64,000 nt of DNA from a virus, in the IMG/VR virus record IMGVR_UViG_3300025133_000030, positions 89,804-153,803 of that record; one strand, written 5' to 3'. The notes below the pieces were generated by a model. It had not been told where the DNA came from. It ran no database searches and saw only the letters and a program-made list of their open reading frames with translations. Positions 41,249 through 52,416 of the stretch are shown piece by piece; the first letter of the stretch is position 1; every line of letters begins with the position of its first letter. A program made the translations under genes and the position numbers.

Positions 41249-44200
41249 GCATTAAAAAGCATTTTGAAGAAGGCGCTCACTTGGTGAAGCCTTTCAAAAC
41301 TATCAAAGAGCTGACAGAAGGAGAAGTAGAATCTCCAGATTTCCTTAGAAATGTCGCAGACTCTCACAGAAGATTCCGCGCACCTCTAGATTATAGCACT
41401 GCGTCTAATTTTGTTAAGTTCGGAATGGCCGAAGATTATTATGTTGACTCAATCAAGAGAATATATAACACCTTTCCTTATGATGGTTCGCTGGCTGAAA
41501 AGCAACAATGGGAAAACGACTCGTCAGGCCTTGATCTATATCTATTAGAAAATGGATACCCACGCTCAACAGGTTATGCTATATTTAACCCTGCCAGTGC
41601 ATGGGTAGCTGCAGGTGGATCCCCTTTTGATAACAACTATGGTAAGCCAGCCACTATGGAGTATATATCTATAAAAGGTGGACCCAATTCAGACCCTGAT
41701 GAATCTAGCATAAGAAAGGTTTTTCCTGATTCTCAATTTTCAGGCTCAGCCAATTTATATAATACTGCCAGCTTTAGGGAGTCTAATCTAAAGATAGACG
41801 GCGCTCAAGGTAATACAGTTGAATTTTGGATGAACAAGTCTGCGATCTTAAATGACGACACGAAAACAAAAAGAGAAGTTATCTTTGACCTTCACAACGG
41901 CCAAGCTCAAAATAGCGCAAACTATGGACGGTTGAGGATTGAATTAAACGGCGCAGCCGTCGCTTCTCCTTTTTTGGTGACATATTTATCCGGAGCAATA
42001 AGCTCAAACGCAAATAACGATGTTGGGACAACTGTTGTTCCCAACCGCTTCGCGAATCAGGTGATTGGCTCCGGAATAACACCCGCTACGGTAGCTGACG
42101 GAAACTGGCATCATTATGCTTTTACTTTTGCCAATAGTGGAACAGCTGTCGAGAGCAAGTTGTACATAGATGGTCAACTAAACCACACATTGACGCTTGC
42201 TGATGAGTCTGTGGGCGAGGTTAGGTACGCACTACAAGGAACCATCGGAGCCTTGGCTACAATTCCTTACGAGGCAGCCAACGGCGCGATCGTGGCCACC
42301 ACCGGTTGGGGTAAACTGTCTGGATCTCTTGACGATTTTAGATTTTGGAAAACCAAGAGAACTTCAAAAGAAATTGGAAGAAACTGGTATTTCCCAGTTG
42401 GAGGCGGAACAAACACAGACACTTCAAACACAAAGTTGGGTGTATACTTCAAGTTCAACGAAGGCATCACAGCAGATGCTTCTACTGATTCAACTGTTTT
42501 GGACTATTCTGGTCGAATCTCCAACGGAACTTGGACAGGGTATTCTTCCAACTCACGAAACACTGGCTCAGCCTTTTTATCATCTAGTTATGGGTTTGCT
42601 GAGTTTGAAGATCCTATAGTTCATGCGTCGCACCCTAGTGTAACCAATTTCTTAAATGCATACACGGTAGAAGGTCAGGCTTACGACAGCACAAACAATT
42701 CTGCAATTTTTCATTCTTTGCCGCACTGGATTACAGAAGCTGACGAAAGAACAGGGAATACTCATCTTAGAAAGTTGACACAGATTATATCAAGCTATTT
42801 TGATACAGCTTTCGCCCAAATTGAACAACTAGGCAAAGTCAAAGATAAAGAATATGTAACAGGCTCCTTCGAAAAGCCCATAGCGATAATGGATGAGGTA
42901 CTCAGATCAACAGGGTTAGTCGTACCAGAGTTGTTTGTCGACGCTGAAATTATTGAATCTATAACAAACAGAGACGAAGGTAGACTCTATGAAACCGAAC
43001 TTAATGAAGTTAAGAATCTGATATACAAGAATATCTACAACAACATAAACTATATTTACAAATCAAAAGGTGCAGAAAAGTCTGCTCGAAACTTGATTCG
43101 ATGCTTTGGTGTAGATAGTGAACTTGTTGAGATTAATTTCTATTCTGATAACCACGATTTTGTGTTTGAGGACGACATAGAAGAGGTCTCCCTTAGGAAG
43201 AAATATATAGATTTTCACCATACAGCATCACATGGCGGCACAATATATAATTTTACAGAGACGAAAAACACGAATTTCGCGGGCTTTGTGTCTGGCACCA
43301 TCGCCGAAGTCGGAAACGGTGGACTTGCAACAACGACAGAAGCAGAGTTTATATTCCCGAGAGAATTCGCAGACCACGGTCAAGAAGAGACTCTCCGAGG
43401 CGTCAACACTCTCTTGTCCTCTTCTCTGTTTGGTTGCCATACTCCAGTTACAACTACTGGCAAGTGGGCAGCAGCAGCCTCCGATGCTTCCAATTTCCAA
43501 GTGCTGTGTGTGAGAGAATCTTTAACAGGGCCAAATAGCAGAAATGCAAAATTCATGCTAGTTTGTGATCACGGACAAGAAGGTGGCCCTCGATATATCG
43601 GTGCAGGCGGCGATAAGACTGGAGCGGTTCAAACTGGAGAACTTACAAGTTCTTACTATCAAGATGTTTTTGACAATCAAAAGTGGAATTTTGCAGTAAG
43701 AATAAAGCCACTAGTATTTCCTATGGCGAACATGCTCGGTTCAGTTTCTGCTGCTCCCGATTATATTGTAGAATTTGTCGGAATGAATTGCGATGCAGGC
43801 TACATAACAGAGCAGTTTACACTGACGGCTTCAGTGGGGAAAGTAAAAGCCAAAAGCCTAATATCGTCAGCTAAAGGCTTTTATCTTGGAGCACATAGGG
43901 ATGACTTCAGTGGCACCCTGTTAACTGGTTCAGATTGCCGCGCTGGAGGCCTAAGACATTGGTTATCATATCTCGATAACGATGAAATAAAGGCCCATGC
44001 GATATCACCCGACAATGTCGGTGTAAGTATGCCCGGAAAGAACTACTTCTCCTTCGAGGGCCACGGAGCTGCTGTATCGAACAAGGGCAATGTTGAGGTG
44101 CCAAAGATAGACACTCTGGTGTTGAATTGGGACTTTAATGATGTAACCGGTTCCGCGACAGATGGAACTTTCGCAGTTAGGGATATTTCAAGAAGCGGTT

Positions 44201-47200
44201 CGACCAACGGCCTGTTCTCAATTGATAGCAAGTACGCCAGACTAGAGAACATATTAAGAAAAAATCATGCTGCACGAGGCCTCGGTTTTCCAGCAAGTGA
44301 TACTAAAAATATCGCAGATGTAAATTATGTGTACTCTGCTAGAAAAAAACTGCCAGAAAGTATTGCCGGCGCGGACATGACAAAAGTATTAACAGATGAA
44401 GAAAGGCTATTCAGAAGAGATTTTAAGCCAAAGAAATATTATGCATATGTTGAAAAGAGTATGTACAACTCAATTTCTAAAGAGATGCTCAAGATGTTCT
44501 CTTCCATCAAGGACTTCAATAATCTTGTTGGGTCACCAGTAAACAGATACAGGCAAAGCTACAAAGCGTTAAACAAATTAAGACAACTATTCTTTGATAG
44601 GGTCGACAACACACCAAGTATAGAGAAGTATTTAAATTTCTATAAGTGGATAGACTCATCGATCACTATAATGGTCAGTCAGCTGCTACCAGCCTCTCTT
44701 GCTAGCTCTGAGGAATTAAGGGACGTCATTGAGAGTCACGTACTTGAGAGAAATAAGTATCGCTCTAAGTTCCCAACTGTCATAAGAGAAAATGCAGAGT
44801 TTGAAACAACGGTAAGAAACGCCGGCGATGCCCCAGAGTGGGGAATAGGCACTCCACAGTTACCCGGATCTGCACCAGATCAAAGCAAAAAGGCCGAATG
44901 GTGGAAGACTCGTGCTGAACGTGATCGATCTCACGGCGGCCCAGATAGCTCCAATTCTGTAAATTTGGGTAGCGGAAACAGCGCAGTTGATTCCAATCGC
45001 GAATCCATTAGGAGAATCGCCGCGAGAAAGATAAAGGGCTTAGGGTATCTTAAGAAATCAACACCAAGTCCCGGTCGCCTCTATATTAATAAAGAAGAGC
45101 TGTATACAGGAGGCTCAAACAGTCATATAAACAGAAAGCCAGATTTCCACAGGCCATTCACAAAAGCTACAGCTCAAAACGATGGCCAATTAACCGCGAC
45201 GACCTCTATATCTTCATCTTTTATTAACAATGACCCAAGAACAGGCAAGGAAAAGATAAATCATACAATAGAGTTAAATGCCGCAGCCGAAAAACAGATA
45301 CCAAATGATAGAGGCTATTCTGAAGATATGCCTAGCGGCGAAAAATATGTTCCATTTTCATTCTACAGTTCCTCACTAGACAATGTAAATTATCTAAGCT
45401 CAGTGCATCTTTTCCAGCCAGCTTCGGATATTACAAACATCCATATGGACCACTACGGTCCAGACTATCAGATACCCATGCAGGGCCCGTTCACTGAAAC
45501 TCACGTTGGCGGAAACCAACACAGGCATATCCCGATTAATACAACTTCTGGATCTACATCAGCAGAAATAGGCAAAGCACCCTTCGTAGCACTAGACCAC
45601 GCAACGAGCCGGCCAGAAGCATATAAGTTGATGTTTACTTCGAATGGCTTCAAGTTAAAAGCACCAGATATTCCTGCAACTCTTTTTAGAGACGAGACAG
45701 CCAAGAGGCCAGTTAACATAAGGAATATAAAAACAAGTTCGTCCGGCAACCACAACACTGCTGGCAACTACGAAAAAGATTACCAGATAATATCCACGAA
45801 TGGGAGAGACACTAATAATAGATATTTCACTCGGGCTCAGTCTGATGCAAGCTTGGTTTTTGATTTGGATTCATCAAATATAATACAAAACCTTAATGAT
45901 TCTCCAATCTTTTTGACCATGCATGATCATGCAAAGATTCGCTGGGATAATTTGCAGACGGATCACGTCTTTGTAACTAGGTTTTCTCCCTTGGGCGCCC
46001 CAGAAACATCTGGAGATGCTCTCGGAGGTTATGGGTTAGACCATAGGAGTTCTCAATATTCTATATATAGTTCAATAAACTATAGGAATGAATTAGCGAG
46101 AAGTCTTGTAAACAACAAATCACAAGATCATGTTAATCAATTTGGTTTTGATTCTTGCGTTGTTTCTTCAATTGAGGGCTCGATGGTAAATGACGTTGAC
46201 GGTATCCTCGATGGCATCGATTATCAAGATGATTTCACCCTTGCAGAACAACCTCTTCGAGGTTACTCTTGGGCCCCGAATTATTTACAAAATGTTGGTG
46301 ATTGCATATCCACAACTACGGTGAGAGGGTTTTATTACGAACCTCTGACTGTCGGCTACAAGAGATTGGAAGATGGTTCTTTTTCTAGCGCCGGCGTAGA
46401 CAAGGTTCTCAGAGGAAATCAAGCCGCACCGATACATAAAACTAACAGAAATGCTGAATATTACTATGATTTAAGCGAAGCTAAAACGAAAAAGAAGTAT
46501 GATAACTTCTTTGTACAGCATCAGATACCAAGAAGCGACTTGCAATATTCTTGGATAACTGGCTCCGCCGCCACCGGGTTTACCCGGACCGCATATTACT
46601 TTGGCTTCACTAGGGACTGGAAAACAGACCGCGATACTATAAAATGGCTCCCCAAAGCTGAAGAATTTGGAAATATAGTTCTATCAACCACTCCAAATTA
46701 CGGTCTCGCAGTGTTGGGCAGCACATACGAAGCCAACGCTTATTATGTTGATTTTACGGGCCTGAACACCGTTATCGTAGATAGGCCCGATACCGTTAGT
46801 ACATCAACGTCCTCCGGCGCTAATACTTTGAGTTCAGGCATTGCAGCTGTTGCTTCATATAGTTGGATTTCATCTTATTATCGCGATTACGAGACATTTT
46901 ACAATCCAGATATTTGGGGTTATGGTACCAATACAAGTATCTATGCAGATTCAAACACCATCGGGGTTACTGCCACTGGAAAGACCCTTAACGCAATTCT
47001 CTTGAATCGCAACGGGCCGTATGGGTACCCAACATGGAAACAGATCAGAACTGGTGAGACTTCTTTAATAGCTAGAAATATGAAAAAGGACAACAGAATT
47101 TCTGTCGCCTCAATTAGGACAGAGAGCGTTGTAGGTTCGCAATCCGACAAAAAAGAAATAGTCACATTCGAGAATTTCTTCGAGGCACCGTTATCCATCT

Positions 47201-50200
47201 CTAGGCCAACCATGTTATCTGAAACAATCGCACCCGGAACAGATCAAGAGAGGGTGTCTTATAGTCTCATAACTTATCCAAATAACGTTGATATGTTTTC
47301 GGCAACCTCTCTCACAAACAAAGCATTTGTTGCAAGAAAAGACCATCGGTTCCCTCTTGAGTCATACGAGACAGCCTCATACGTCGAGCCCATATACCCT
47401 GCATCAGGAAATATGTTTTTCCAAAAGGTTAGAGAAAGAAACAATTTTGTTATTGATTACTGGCATAGCGATAGGCTCATTAGGTCCGCATCCTACGATT
47501 CAGAAAATTCTTATGGAAACCCCATCCCAGCTCAGAGTATTTGGTCTCTGGATGGTCAACTGGGCGAAACTGGAGCAAGCACTGAGGGCCTGAGGCTAGT
47601 CACTCATATGAACACTGGCCAAAATGGAGAAGGGGAACTTCTGAATGATTATGTGACATGGCACAATGGTGGATATCAAGAAGTAACACACAGCATTATA
47701 GCAACGACGTTGAATCCGCGCCTTGGTGCGTTGTATACCAGAAGAGCCCCGCGTTATTATTTAAGGTATGATAGCAAGGACGATCTTGTCCTTGCGTGGC
47801 ACCATGCTTCTGGTGCACCAATATATGAGGTAACAGGGGCAGGGGAACACAATGTAATATATGACACTTATTATCAGTATTCAGAAGAACTCCGCGCCGC
47901 AGGAAAGGATCATTCCATAGTTCCGGAGTTTAGAATATCCGATCACATGCACTTTTATACAGAAGAAGCAGGTATGGACTTTTCCAGTCAATATTTAACA
48001 GGAGCCCTGTCTTTGACAGGTTCAGATATAAGCGATAGTTCGCAAGCATCTTTTTATAAGACCTACACCAATACGGACTTTATGAAGTTATTTTCTTATA
48101 TCAAGGACCCGGCCGCCGATTCACGAGAATCGAACGTCAATTCTATCACCCTGACTTGTAGGGCTCTTAAGAAGTTTATCCCGTACAAGGGCCTTCAGCC
48201 CTCTGAACGAACTTTGCAATTAGCGACAATGTTTTCTCAGTCATACTACAGAGGGGGAGTTCTTTCTAACGAGGGTTCGAACGTTCAGGCTGAGAGAGGT
48301 GCAAATCATATAAGGCCAATCAACTCAATATTTTTCGCCCCGGGGATAATGTATAATACAATAAAATCTGGCATAGCAGTAGATTACCCAGTCATGACCG
48401 CGTCATTTAATATGTCTCACGTGACAGGCACGACCCAGATCATGCAAATAGGAAAAGAGGAACAGCTCCGCCGCGGCGTCGAACCTGCTGATGCCGAACA
48501 TTTCGACCGGTATGATCACGATACATTTATGAGGATGACTCAAGCAAATCATATTGACACATCTCCTCATCCAAGAAGAGCGATAAGTTCTTCCGCCGGC
48601 AGCAACGATTCTAGATTTGACTTCAGGGTTCCCTTTGAAGCGCTAATAGAACCAGAAAGGTATTTGCCTAAAACTTTCACAGTTGTCGATGCAGAGGGGT
48701 GGCACCCAAGTGCTTCTTTGAATGTGACAAGTACGTTCATGCCAGTCGAACAAAGGCAATATAAATTAGCTGTGAACAACTTTTTGGCAGAAACTGTCTC
48801 CTTTTTCTTAAGAGATGGCAAATTGACATCAATGAGGTCACTGCCAGAAAGCAGTTTCCAACTAACTGAAACAGATTCTATAAAAGAACAATACAAGATG
48901 AGGGTTTATTTGTCAAAAGATGAATCATCAATTAACACCCTGTTTCCCGAGTTGGCGTCTGGATCGTGGGGTCAAATAACAGGCTCATCTCTTGAGGGGT
49001 CATCATCTTTTTTCATGTATGAAAGGCCTTCTGCTTTCGGTCCTCCGGTACACTCTGTGGAGGCGGTTTATGGATCTGTACAGTCAGCAAAACACCCTAG
49101 ATTTGGCACAGGGTTCAGACCATATACGCCACCATATTATGATGGTCATGCTTATGCAGAAATTACTTTTACGCCCCCCGTGGGAACGTCGGCACCATAT
49201 AAACTTAGTGATATTAAAAATGCGGAGAACACTACGGTCACATACCATAGAGACCCCGGAGCGGTTCGCATTTACGACGACATGATAAATTCAAGTAGCT
49301 ATGAATATCGCGCCCTAGACTACACTTCAGGGTCGTCAGACATTTACGTGGAGACGCCTGCCAACGGAGTTGCGTCATATTCTGATAACTGTATAAACCA
49401 TAGAAGTGCAATGCAGTTAAATTCTTCACTCAATTTATTCTCGGAGGTATTGATTCCGTCTATCATCGAAGACTCTTCGGGTAAAGTCAAAGAAGTTAGA
49501 AAAGGAAAAAATAACGAAGAAAAGGCTTGGGTTATACAAACTAAATTTGAAACTCCTATCATGGATTTTTCACCTGTTTCGGCGTCACTCCAGTTCATCA
49601 GCGACTCAGGTCCAATTCAGCATACCGGAGAGAGTGTACTAACACACAAGGACCCCGTGGTGACAACTAGAGGAATGTGGCACCAGCACGCTTCAGCTTC
49701 ACTCGACTCTGATGTTGGAGTTAAGTTGTTTATTGATGACTCTTTTATAGAGTCGTCTGACATTGCTGCTTCCGCAATAATGAGAATGCCTCTTCCGACT
49801 AGCATTGTTCAGCAAGATTTCCTAATAATTACGGACTCATCAGGAAATAGAGTTCACTTTGTGTTTGTAAAATCTGGAGTCATTCCAGCGGACAACGTCG
49901 CGACCGCATTGTATTATGTGGACATTAAGACCACCACCGAGTTATACGACACTAGAAATGCTCTCGTGAATAAAATTAATTCGACAACAGGTAATCATGG
50001 ATACACAGCCGAATTTTTTGATGTTGACGCCTTTATGATCTTTCACAGAGAAAAGGGGAAGGTAGGCAATAACACTGGCCTACCGGTAAAAACAAGAAGA
50101 AGTCAGTTTGGTTCTGAAACAAATCCGCTCGGCCGCTCCGGAGTCCGCGGAGCACATACTGTTGGGAAAGAATACGCATTTATGGGTAAAAATACCGTCA

Positions 50201-51297
50201 CTTATGCTAGAGGTTTTATACAAGGAAATCAATCATCTGGCTTGACTGATCCTGCATCTAATGCAATAGTCTCTTTTGGGTCGGTACAAAACGTCTTTGC
50301 AGACGAGATTGGTGTCGATCACACGAGAACGTGGGCAGCTTTTGGTGACGAACCACGAGACGGGGCTAGGTTTGGTATGAGCAATCCAACTGGATCTCTG
50401 GCTAAGTTGGTGGGATTTGAGACAGGTAAAACTAAAGAATCACAAGTCGGGCAGCTCGCCACCAGCAAAACTGTTTACGAGGCTGTTGTTGCAATACCTT
50501 TTGTTGACTCAACAACGATGCACAAGTACACCAAAAATAAATTGAAGCCTCCCGGCAGTAAATTTACTTTCTTTAAGATACACGAAGATAGAGAAGAGGC
50601 GATGAAAGTCATGTCTAAAATTCGTTCAGGATCAACAGACGACTTAGATCCAGCGATCGTGAACATGGTAGAAAAAATGTCTAAGTATGTATTTCCTCCG
50701 ACTGTTGACTTTATTAATAATGAAAATATTGAGCCATTTTACATGTTCATGTTCGAGTTTTCTCATAAATTTGACAGGCAAGACCTCGCTGACATGTGGC
50801 AAAATGTGTTGCCTTCTGGTATCGGCGCAGATAAGATAGAGAAAGTTTCAAACTCTCTAACAATAAGGGGCATACCGAATATTTTAAATGCCGGCGACCA
50901 ACTGCAGTGGATGGTTTTCAAAGTTAAGCAAAAGGCAGAAAAGTCATACCACAGCATACTTGATAAATCAACAGGTCAAGAATTCTCCGTAAAATCATCA
51001 GAAGGGCACACTAGTTTGGAAAGATCTTTCCAGAGGACAAATAAAAGAGAGCCTGCATATTCATTCAATTGGCCATATGATTTCTTTTCAATAGTGGAAC
51101 TAATTAAGATAGAGGAAACTGTGGAGTTTAATGGTAGGCCTGAGGCCGAAGAGGTTCTTGACGGTAAGCAGCTCGAAGATGGTGTTTTTCTTAACGAAAA
51201 GATTATCAGATCTCGTCAAACTCGAAGTGAAAAAAGTAAAAAAGCGGAAAGTAAAATAAACCCGTATAAACAAGTGTTCGACAAAAAAGACAAGTAA
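41245..51297 (+). CDS. Giant 3350-aa baseplate/tail protein with LamG (concanavalin-A-like) domain(s)
   Basis: TVEFW, DGNWHHYAFT, KLYIDGQL and LDDFRFW LamG motifs; YIYKSKG..KS.RNLIRCFG wedge-like motif; follows the gp6 region. Confidence 0.75.
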   Translation: MSIKKHFEEGAHLVKPFKTIKELTEGEVESPDFLRNVADSHRRFRAPLDYSTASNFVKFGMAEDYYVDSIKRIYNTFPYDGSLAEKQQWENDSSGLDLYLLENGYPRSTGYAIFNPASAWVAAGGSPFDNNYGKPATMEYISIKGGPNSDPDESSIRKVFPDSQFSGSANLYNTASFRESNLKIDGAQGNTVEFWMNKSAILNDDTKTKREVIFDLHNGQAQNSANYGRLRIELNGAAVASPFLVTYLSGAISSNANNDVGTTVVPNRFANQVIGSGITPATVADGNWHHYAFTFANSGTAVESKLYIDGQLNHTLTLADESVGEVRYALQGTIGALATIPYEAANGAIVATTGWGKLSGSLDDFRFWKTKRTSKEIGRNWYFPVGGGTNTDTSNTKLGVYFKFNEGITADASTDSTVLDYSGRISNGTWTGYSSNSRNTGSAFLSSSYGFAEFEDPIVHASHPSVTNFLNAYTVEGQAYDSTNNSAIFHSLPHWITEADERTGNTHLRKLTQIISSYFDTAFAQIEQLGKVKDKEYVTGSFEKPIAIMDEVLRSTGLVVPELFVDAEIIESITNRDEGRLYETELNEVKNLIYKNIYNNINYIYKSKGAEKSARNLIRCFGVDSELVEINFYSDNHDFVFEDDIEEVSLRKKYIDFHHTASHGGTIYNFTETKNTNFAGFVSGTIAEVGNGGLATTTEAEFIFPREFADHGQEETLRGVNTLLSSSLFGCHTPVTTTGKWAAAASDASNFQVLCVRESLTGPNSRNAKFMLVCDHGQEGGPRYIGAGGDKTGAVQTGELTSSYYQDVFDNQKWNFAVRIKPLVFPMANMLGSVSAAPDYIVEFVGMNCDAGYITEQFTLTASVGKVKAKSLISSAKGFYLGAHRDDFSGTLLTGSDCRAGGLRHWLSYLDNDEIKAHAISPDNVGVSMPGKNYFSFEGHGAAVSNKGNVEVPKIDTLVLNWDFNDVTGSATDGTFAVRDISRSGSTNGLFSIDSKYARLENILRKNHAARGLGFPASDTKNIADVNYVYSARKKLPESIAGADMTKVLTDEERLFRRDFKPKKYYAYVEKSMYNSISKEMLKMFSSIKDFNNLVGSPVNRYRQSYKALNKLRQLFFDRVDNTPSIEKYLNFYKWIDSSITIMVSQLLPASLASSEELRDVIESHVLERNKYRSKFPTVIRENAEFETTVRNAGDAPEWGIGTPQLPGSAPDQSKKAEWWKTRAERDRSHGGPDSSNSVNLGSGNSAVDSNRESIRRIAARKIKGLGYLKKSTPSPGRLYINKEELYTGGSNSHINRKPDFHRPFTKATAQNDGQLTATTSISSSFINNDPRTGKEKINHTIELNAAAEKQIPNDRGYSEDMPSGEKYVPFSFYSSSLDNVNYLSSVHLFQPASDITNIHMDHYGPDYQIPMQGPFTETHVGGNQHRHIPINTTSGSTSAEIGKAPFVALDHATSRPEAYKLMFTSNGFKLKAPDIPATLFRDETAKRPVNIRNIKTSSSGNHNTAGNYEKDYQIISTNGRDTNNRYFTRAQSDASLVFDLDSSNIIQNLNDSPIFLTMHDHAKIRWDNLQTDHVFVTRFSPLGAPETSGDALGGYGLDHRSSQYSIYSSINYRNELARSLVNNKSQDHVNQFGFDSCVVSSIEGSMVNDVDGILDGIDYQDDFTLAEQPLRGYSWAPNYLQNVGDCISTTTVRGFYYEPLTVGYKRLEDGSFSSAGVDKVLRGNQAAPIHKTNRNAEYYYDLSEAKTKKKYDNFFVQHQIPRSDLQYSWITGSAATGFTRTAYYFGFTRDWKTDRDTIKWLPKAEEFGNIVLSTTPNYGLAVLGSTYEANAYYVDFTGLNTVIVDRPDTVSTSTSSGANTLSSGIAAVASYSWISSYYRDYETFYNPDIWGYGTNTSIYADSNTIGVTATGKTLNAILLNRNGPYGYPTWKQIRTGETSLIARNMKKDNRISVASIRTESVVGSQSDKKEIVTFENFFEAPLSISRPTMLSETIAPGTDQERVSYSLITYPNNVDMFSATSLTNKAFVARKDHRFPLESYETASYVEPIYPASGNMFFQKVRERNNFVIDYWHSDRLIRSASYDSENSYGNPIPAQSIWSLDGQLGETGASTEGLRLVTHMNTGQNGEGELLNDYVTWHNGGYQEVTHSIIATTLNPRLGALYTRRAPRYYLRYDSKDDLVLAWHHASGAPIYEVTGAGEHNVIYDTYYQYSEELRAAGKDHSIVPEFRISDHMHFYTEEAGMDFSSQYLTGALSLTGSDISDSSQASFYKTYTNTDFMKLFSYIKDPAADSRESNVNSITLTCRALKKFIPYKGLQPSERTLQLATMFSQSYYRGGVLSNEGSNVQAERGANHIRPINSIFFAPGIMYNTIKSGIAVDYPVMTASFNMSHVTGTTQIMQIGKEEQLRRGVEPADAEHFDRYDHDTFMRMTQANHIDTSPHPRRAISSSAGSNDSRFDFRVPFEALIEPERYLPKTFTVVDAEGWHPSASLNVTSTFMPVEQRQYKLAVNNFLAETVSFFLRDGKLTSMRSLPESSFQLTETDSIKEQYKMRVYLSKDESSINTLFPELASGSWGQITGSSLEGSSSFFMYERPSAFGPPVHSVEAVYGSVQSAKHPRFGTGFRPYTPPYYDGHAYAEITFTPPVGTSAPYKLSDIKNAENTTVTYHRDPGAVRIYDDMINSSSYEYRALDYTSGSSDIYVETPANGVASYSDNCINHRSAMQLNSSLNLFSEVLIPSIIEDSSGKVKEVRKGKNNEEKAWVIQTKFETPIMDFSPVSASLQFISDSGPIQHTGESVLTHKDPVVTTRGMWHQHASASLDSDVGVKLFIDDSFIESSDIAASAIMRMPLPTSIVQQDFLIITDSSGNRVHFVFVKSGVIPADNVATALYYVDIKTTTELYDTRNALVNKINSTTGNHGYTAEFFDVDAFMIFHREKGKVGNNTGLPVKTRRSQFGSETNPLGRSGVRGAHTVGKEYAFMGKNTVTYARGFIQGNQSSGLTDPASNAIVSFGSVQNVFADEIGVDHTRTWAAFGDEPRDGARFGMSNPTGSLAKLVGFETGKTKESQVGQLATSKTVYEAVVAIPFVDSTTMHKYTKNKLKPPGSKFTFFKIHEDREEAMKVMSKIRSGSTDDLDPAIVNMVEKMSKYVFPPTVDFINNENIEPFYMFMFEFSHKFDRQDLADMWQNVLPSGIGADKIEKVSNSLTIRGIPNILNAGDQLQWMVFKVKQKAEKSYHSILDKSTGQEFSVKSSEGHTSLERSFQRTNKREPAYSFNWPYDFFSIVELIKIEETVEFNGRPEAEEVLDGKQLEDGVFLNEKIIRSRQTRSEKSKKAESKINPYKQVFDKKDK

Positions 51298-51300
51298 GAT

Positions 51301-52416
51301 ATGAGTTTTTTTAACAAAAAAGAAGAAGTAATAGATTTTGAACTAACCCAACACGGCAAAAGGCTTTTGTCGATAGGGAAGTTGAATCCTGTGTTCTATT
51401 CTTTTTATGATGACGATATTATTTATGATGTGACTCATGTTTCAACGGGTTCGCACCCGACGCCGCCTAGGAATAAATATCTGGAAAACCAAAAAGATAT
51501 AAACAATAGAGTCTTCGATTCAATTCGAACAAAAGTGCAATATAATTTTGCGGGGGTAGAAACAAACCACAACGTAAACCCGTTCCCAATGTTGGACCCG
51601 TATTCCAATCAGGCAACTTTGGGAAACATAATGTTATATGACATGTCGGATCCTGCAGTTTCTTCCCCTCAGCCATTTATGGTCCATCAGGATAAATTTG
51701 AAAGAAATTATGCGCTAGGTATGCCAATCGGAAACTCTAGTCCTGCTCATAAGTTTGCTCCATCTTGGGATATACAAATAATAAATGGACAAATGATAGA
51801 CTCATCGAGAACTTTGAATGAATATATGCATGCCGAGACCGGCAAAGATATAGGTAATAAATTTAGAATACCACAACTTAATATAACCATGTCCTTCGAT
51901 TTGACGATTCACAACATGAGCGTAGATGACCCTATGATATTGGAAGACCTAGCAGAAGAAAAGGGGAATTTAGTTCAAACATCTCATGTATTCGATGACG
52001 GTAGTTTTCTAAAGGTTGAAGGTCCGCCGTTGATGTTAAAGGTCGAGGAGCACAACGTTTCTTTGATGGAGGAACAGTTTGATATCGAAATATTTGAAAT
52101 CATAGAAGGACAGCTACCCGAAAGCGATAATATAGTTCCAGTAGATTTGATACCACTTTTAGCTAGGACGAGCAGAGTTGACCCAGCAAGCAACACTGTC
52201 AGTCACTATTTTGAGGTGCTGGCCGACGATCAATTAGATGTGGATTCGCTGCCAATTTTTTCTCAAACGCATCTTAGTTCAGCGCAGCTTAGGTCCGCGT
52301 TCGAGTCTAGGGTCAACCCATACACTCAGATCCAGTCAACAGGGAATATTAGAGAGAACTCATCTCTGGAAGATATATATAGAAATCCGTCCGAAGAAGT
52401 GGAGGATTGTGATTAA
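51301..52416 (+). CDS. Putative virion protein, paralogue of 58719..59702
   Basis: N-terminal D..LT..GK.LL...F.D..I.Y motif shared with the 58719 ORF. Confidence 0.65.
   Translation: MSFFNKKEEVIDFELTQHGKRLLSIGKLNPVFYSFYDDDIIYDVTHVSTGSHPTPPRNKYLENQKDINNRVFDSIRTKVQYNFAGVETNHNVNPFPMLDPYSNQATLGNIMLYDMSDPAVSSPQPFMVHQDKFERNYALGMPIGNSSPAHKFAPSWDIQIINGQMIDSSRTLNEYMHAETGKDIGNKFRIPQLNITMSFDLTIHNMSVDDPMILEDLAEEKGNLVQTSHVFDDGSFLKVEGPPLMLKVEEHNVSLMEEQFDIEIFEIIEGQLPESDNIVPVDLIPLLARTSRVDPASNTVSHYFEVLADDQLDVDSLPIFSQTHLSSAQLRSAFESRVNPYTQIQSTGNIRENSSLEDIYRNPSEEVEDCD

Noticed and set aside
25166-51297. Inteins, introns or a diversity-generating retroelement in the giant ORFs
   Set aside because: No intein splice motifs, homing endonuclease, reverse transcriptase or adenine-variable nucleotide repeats were recognised.
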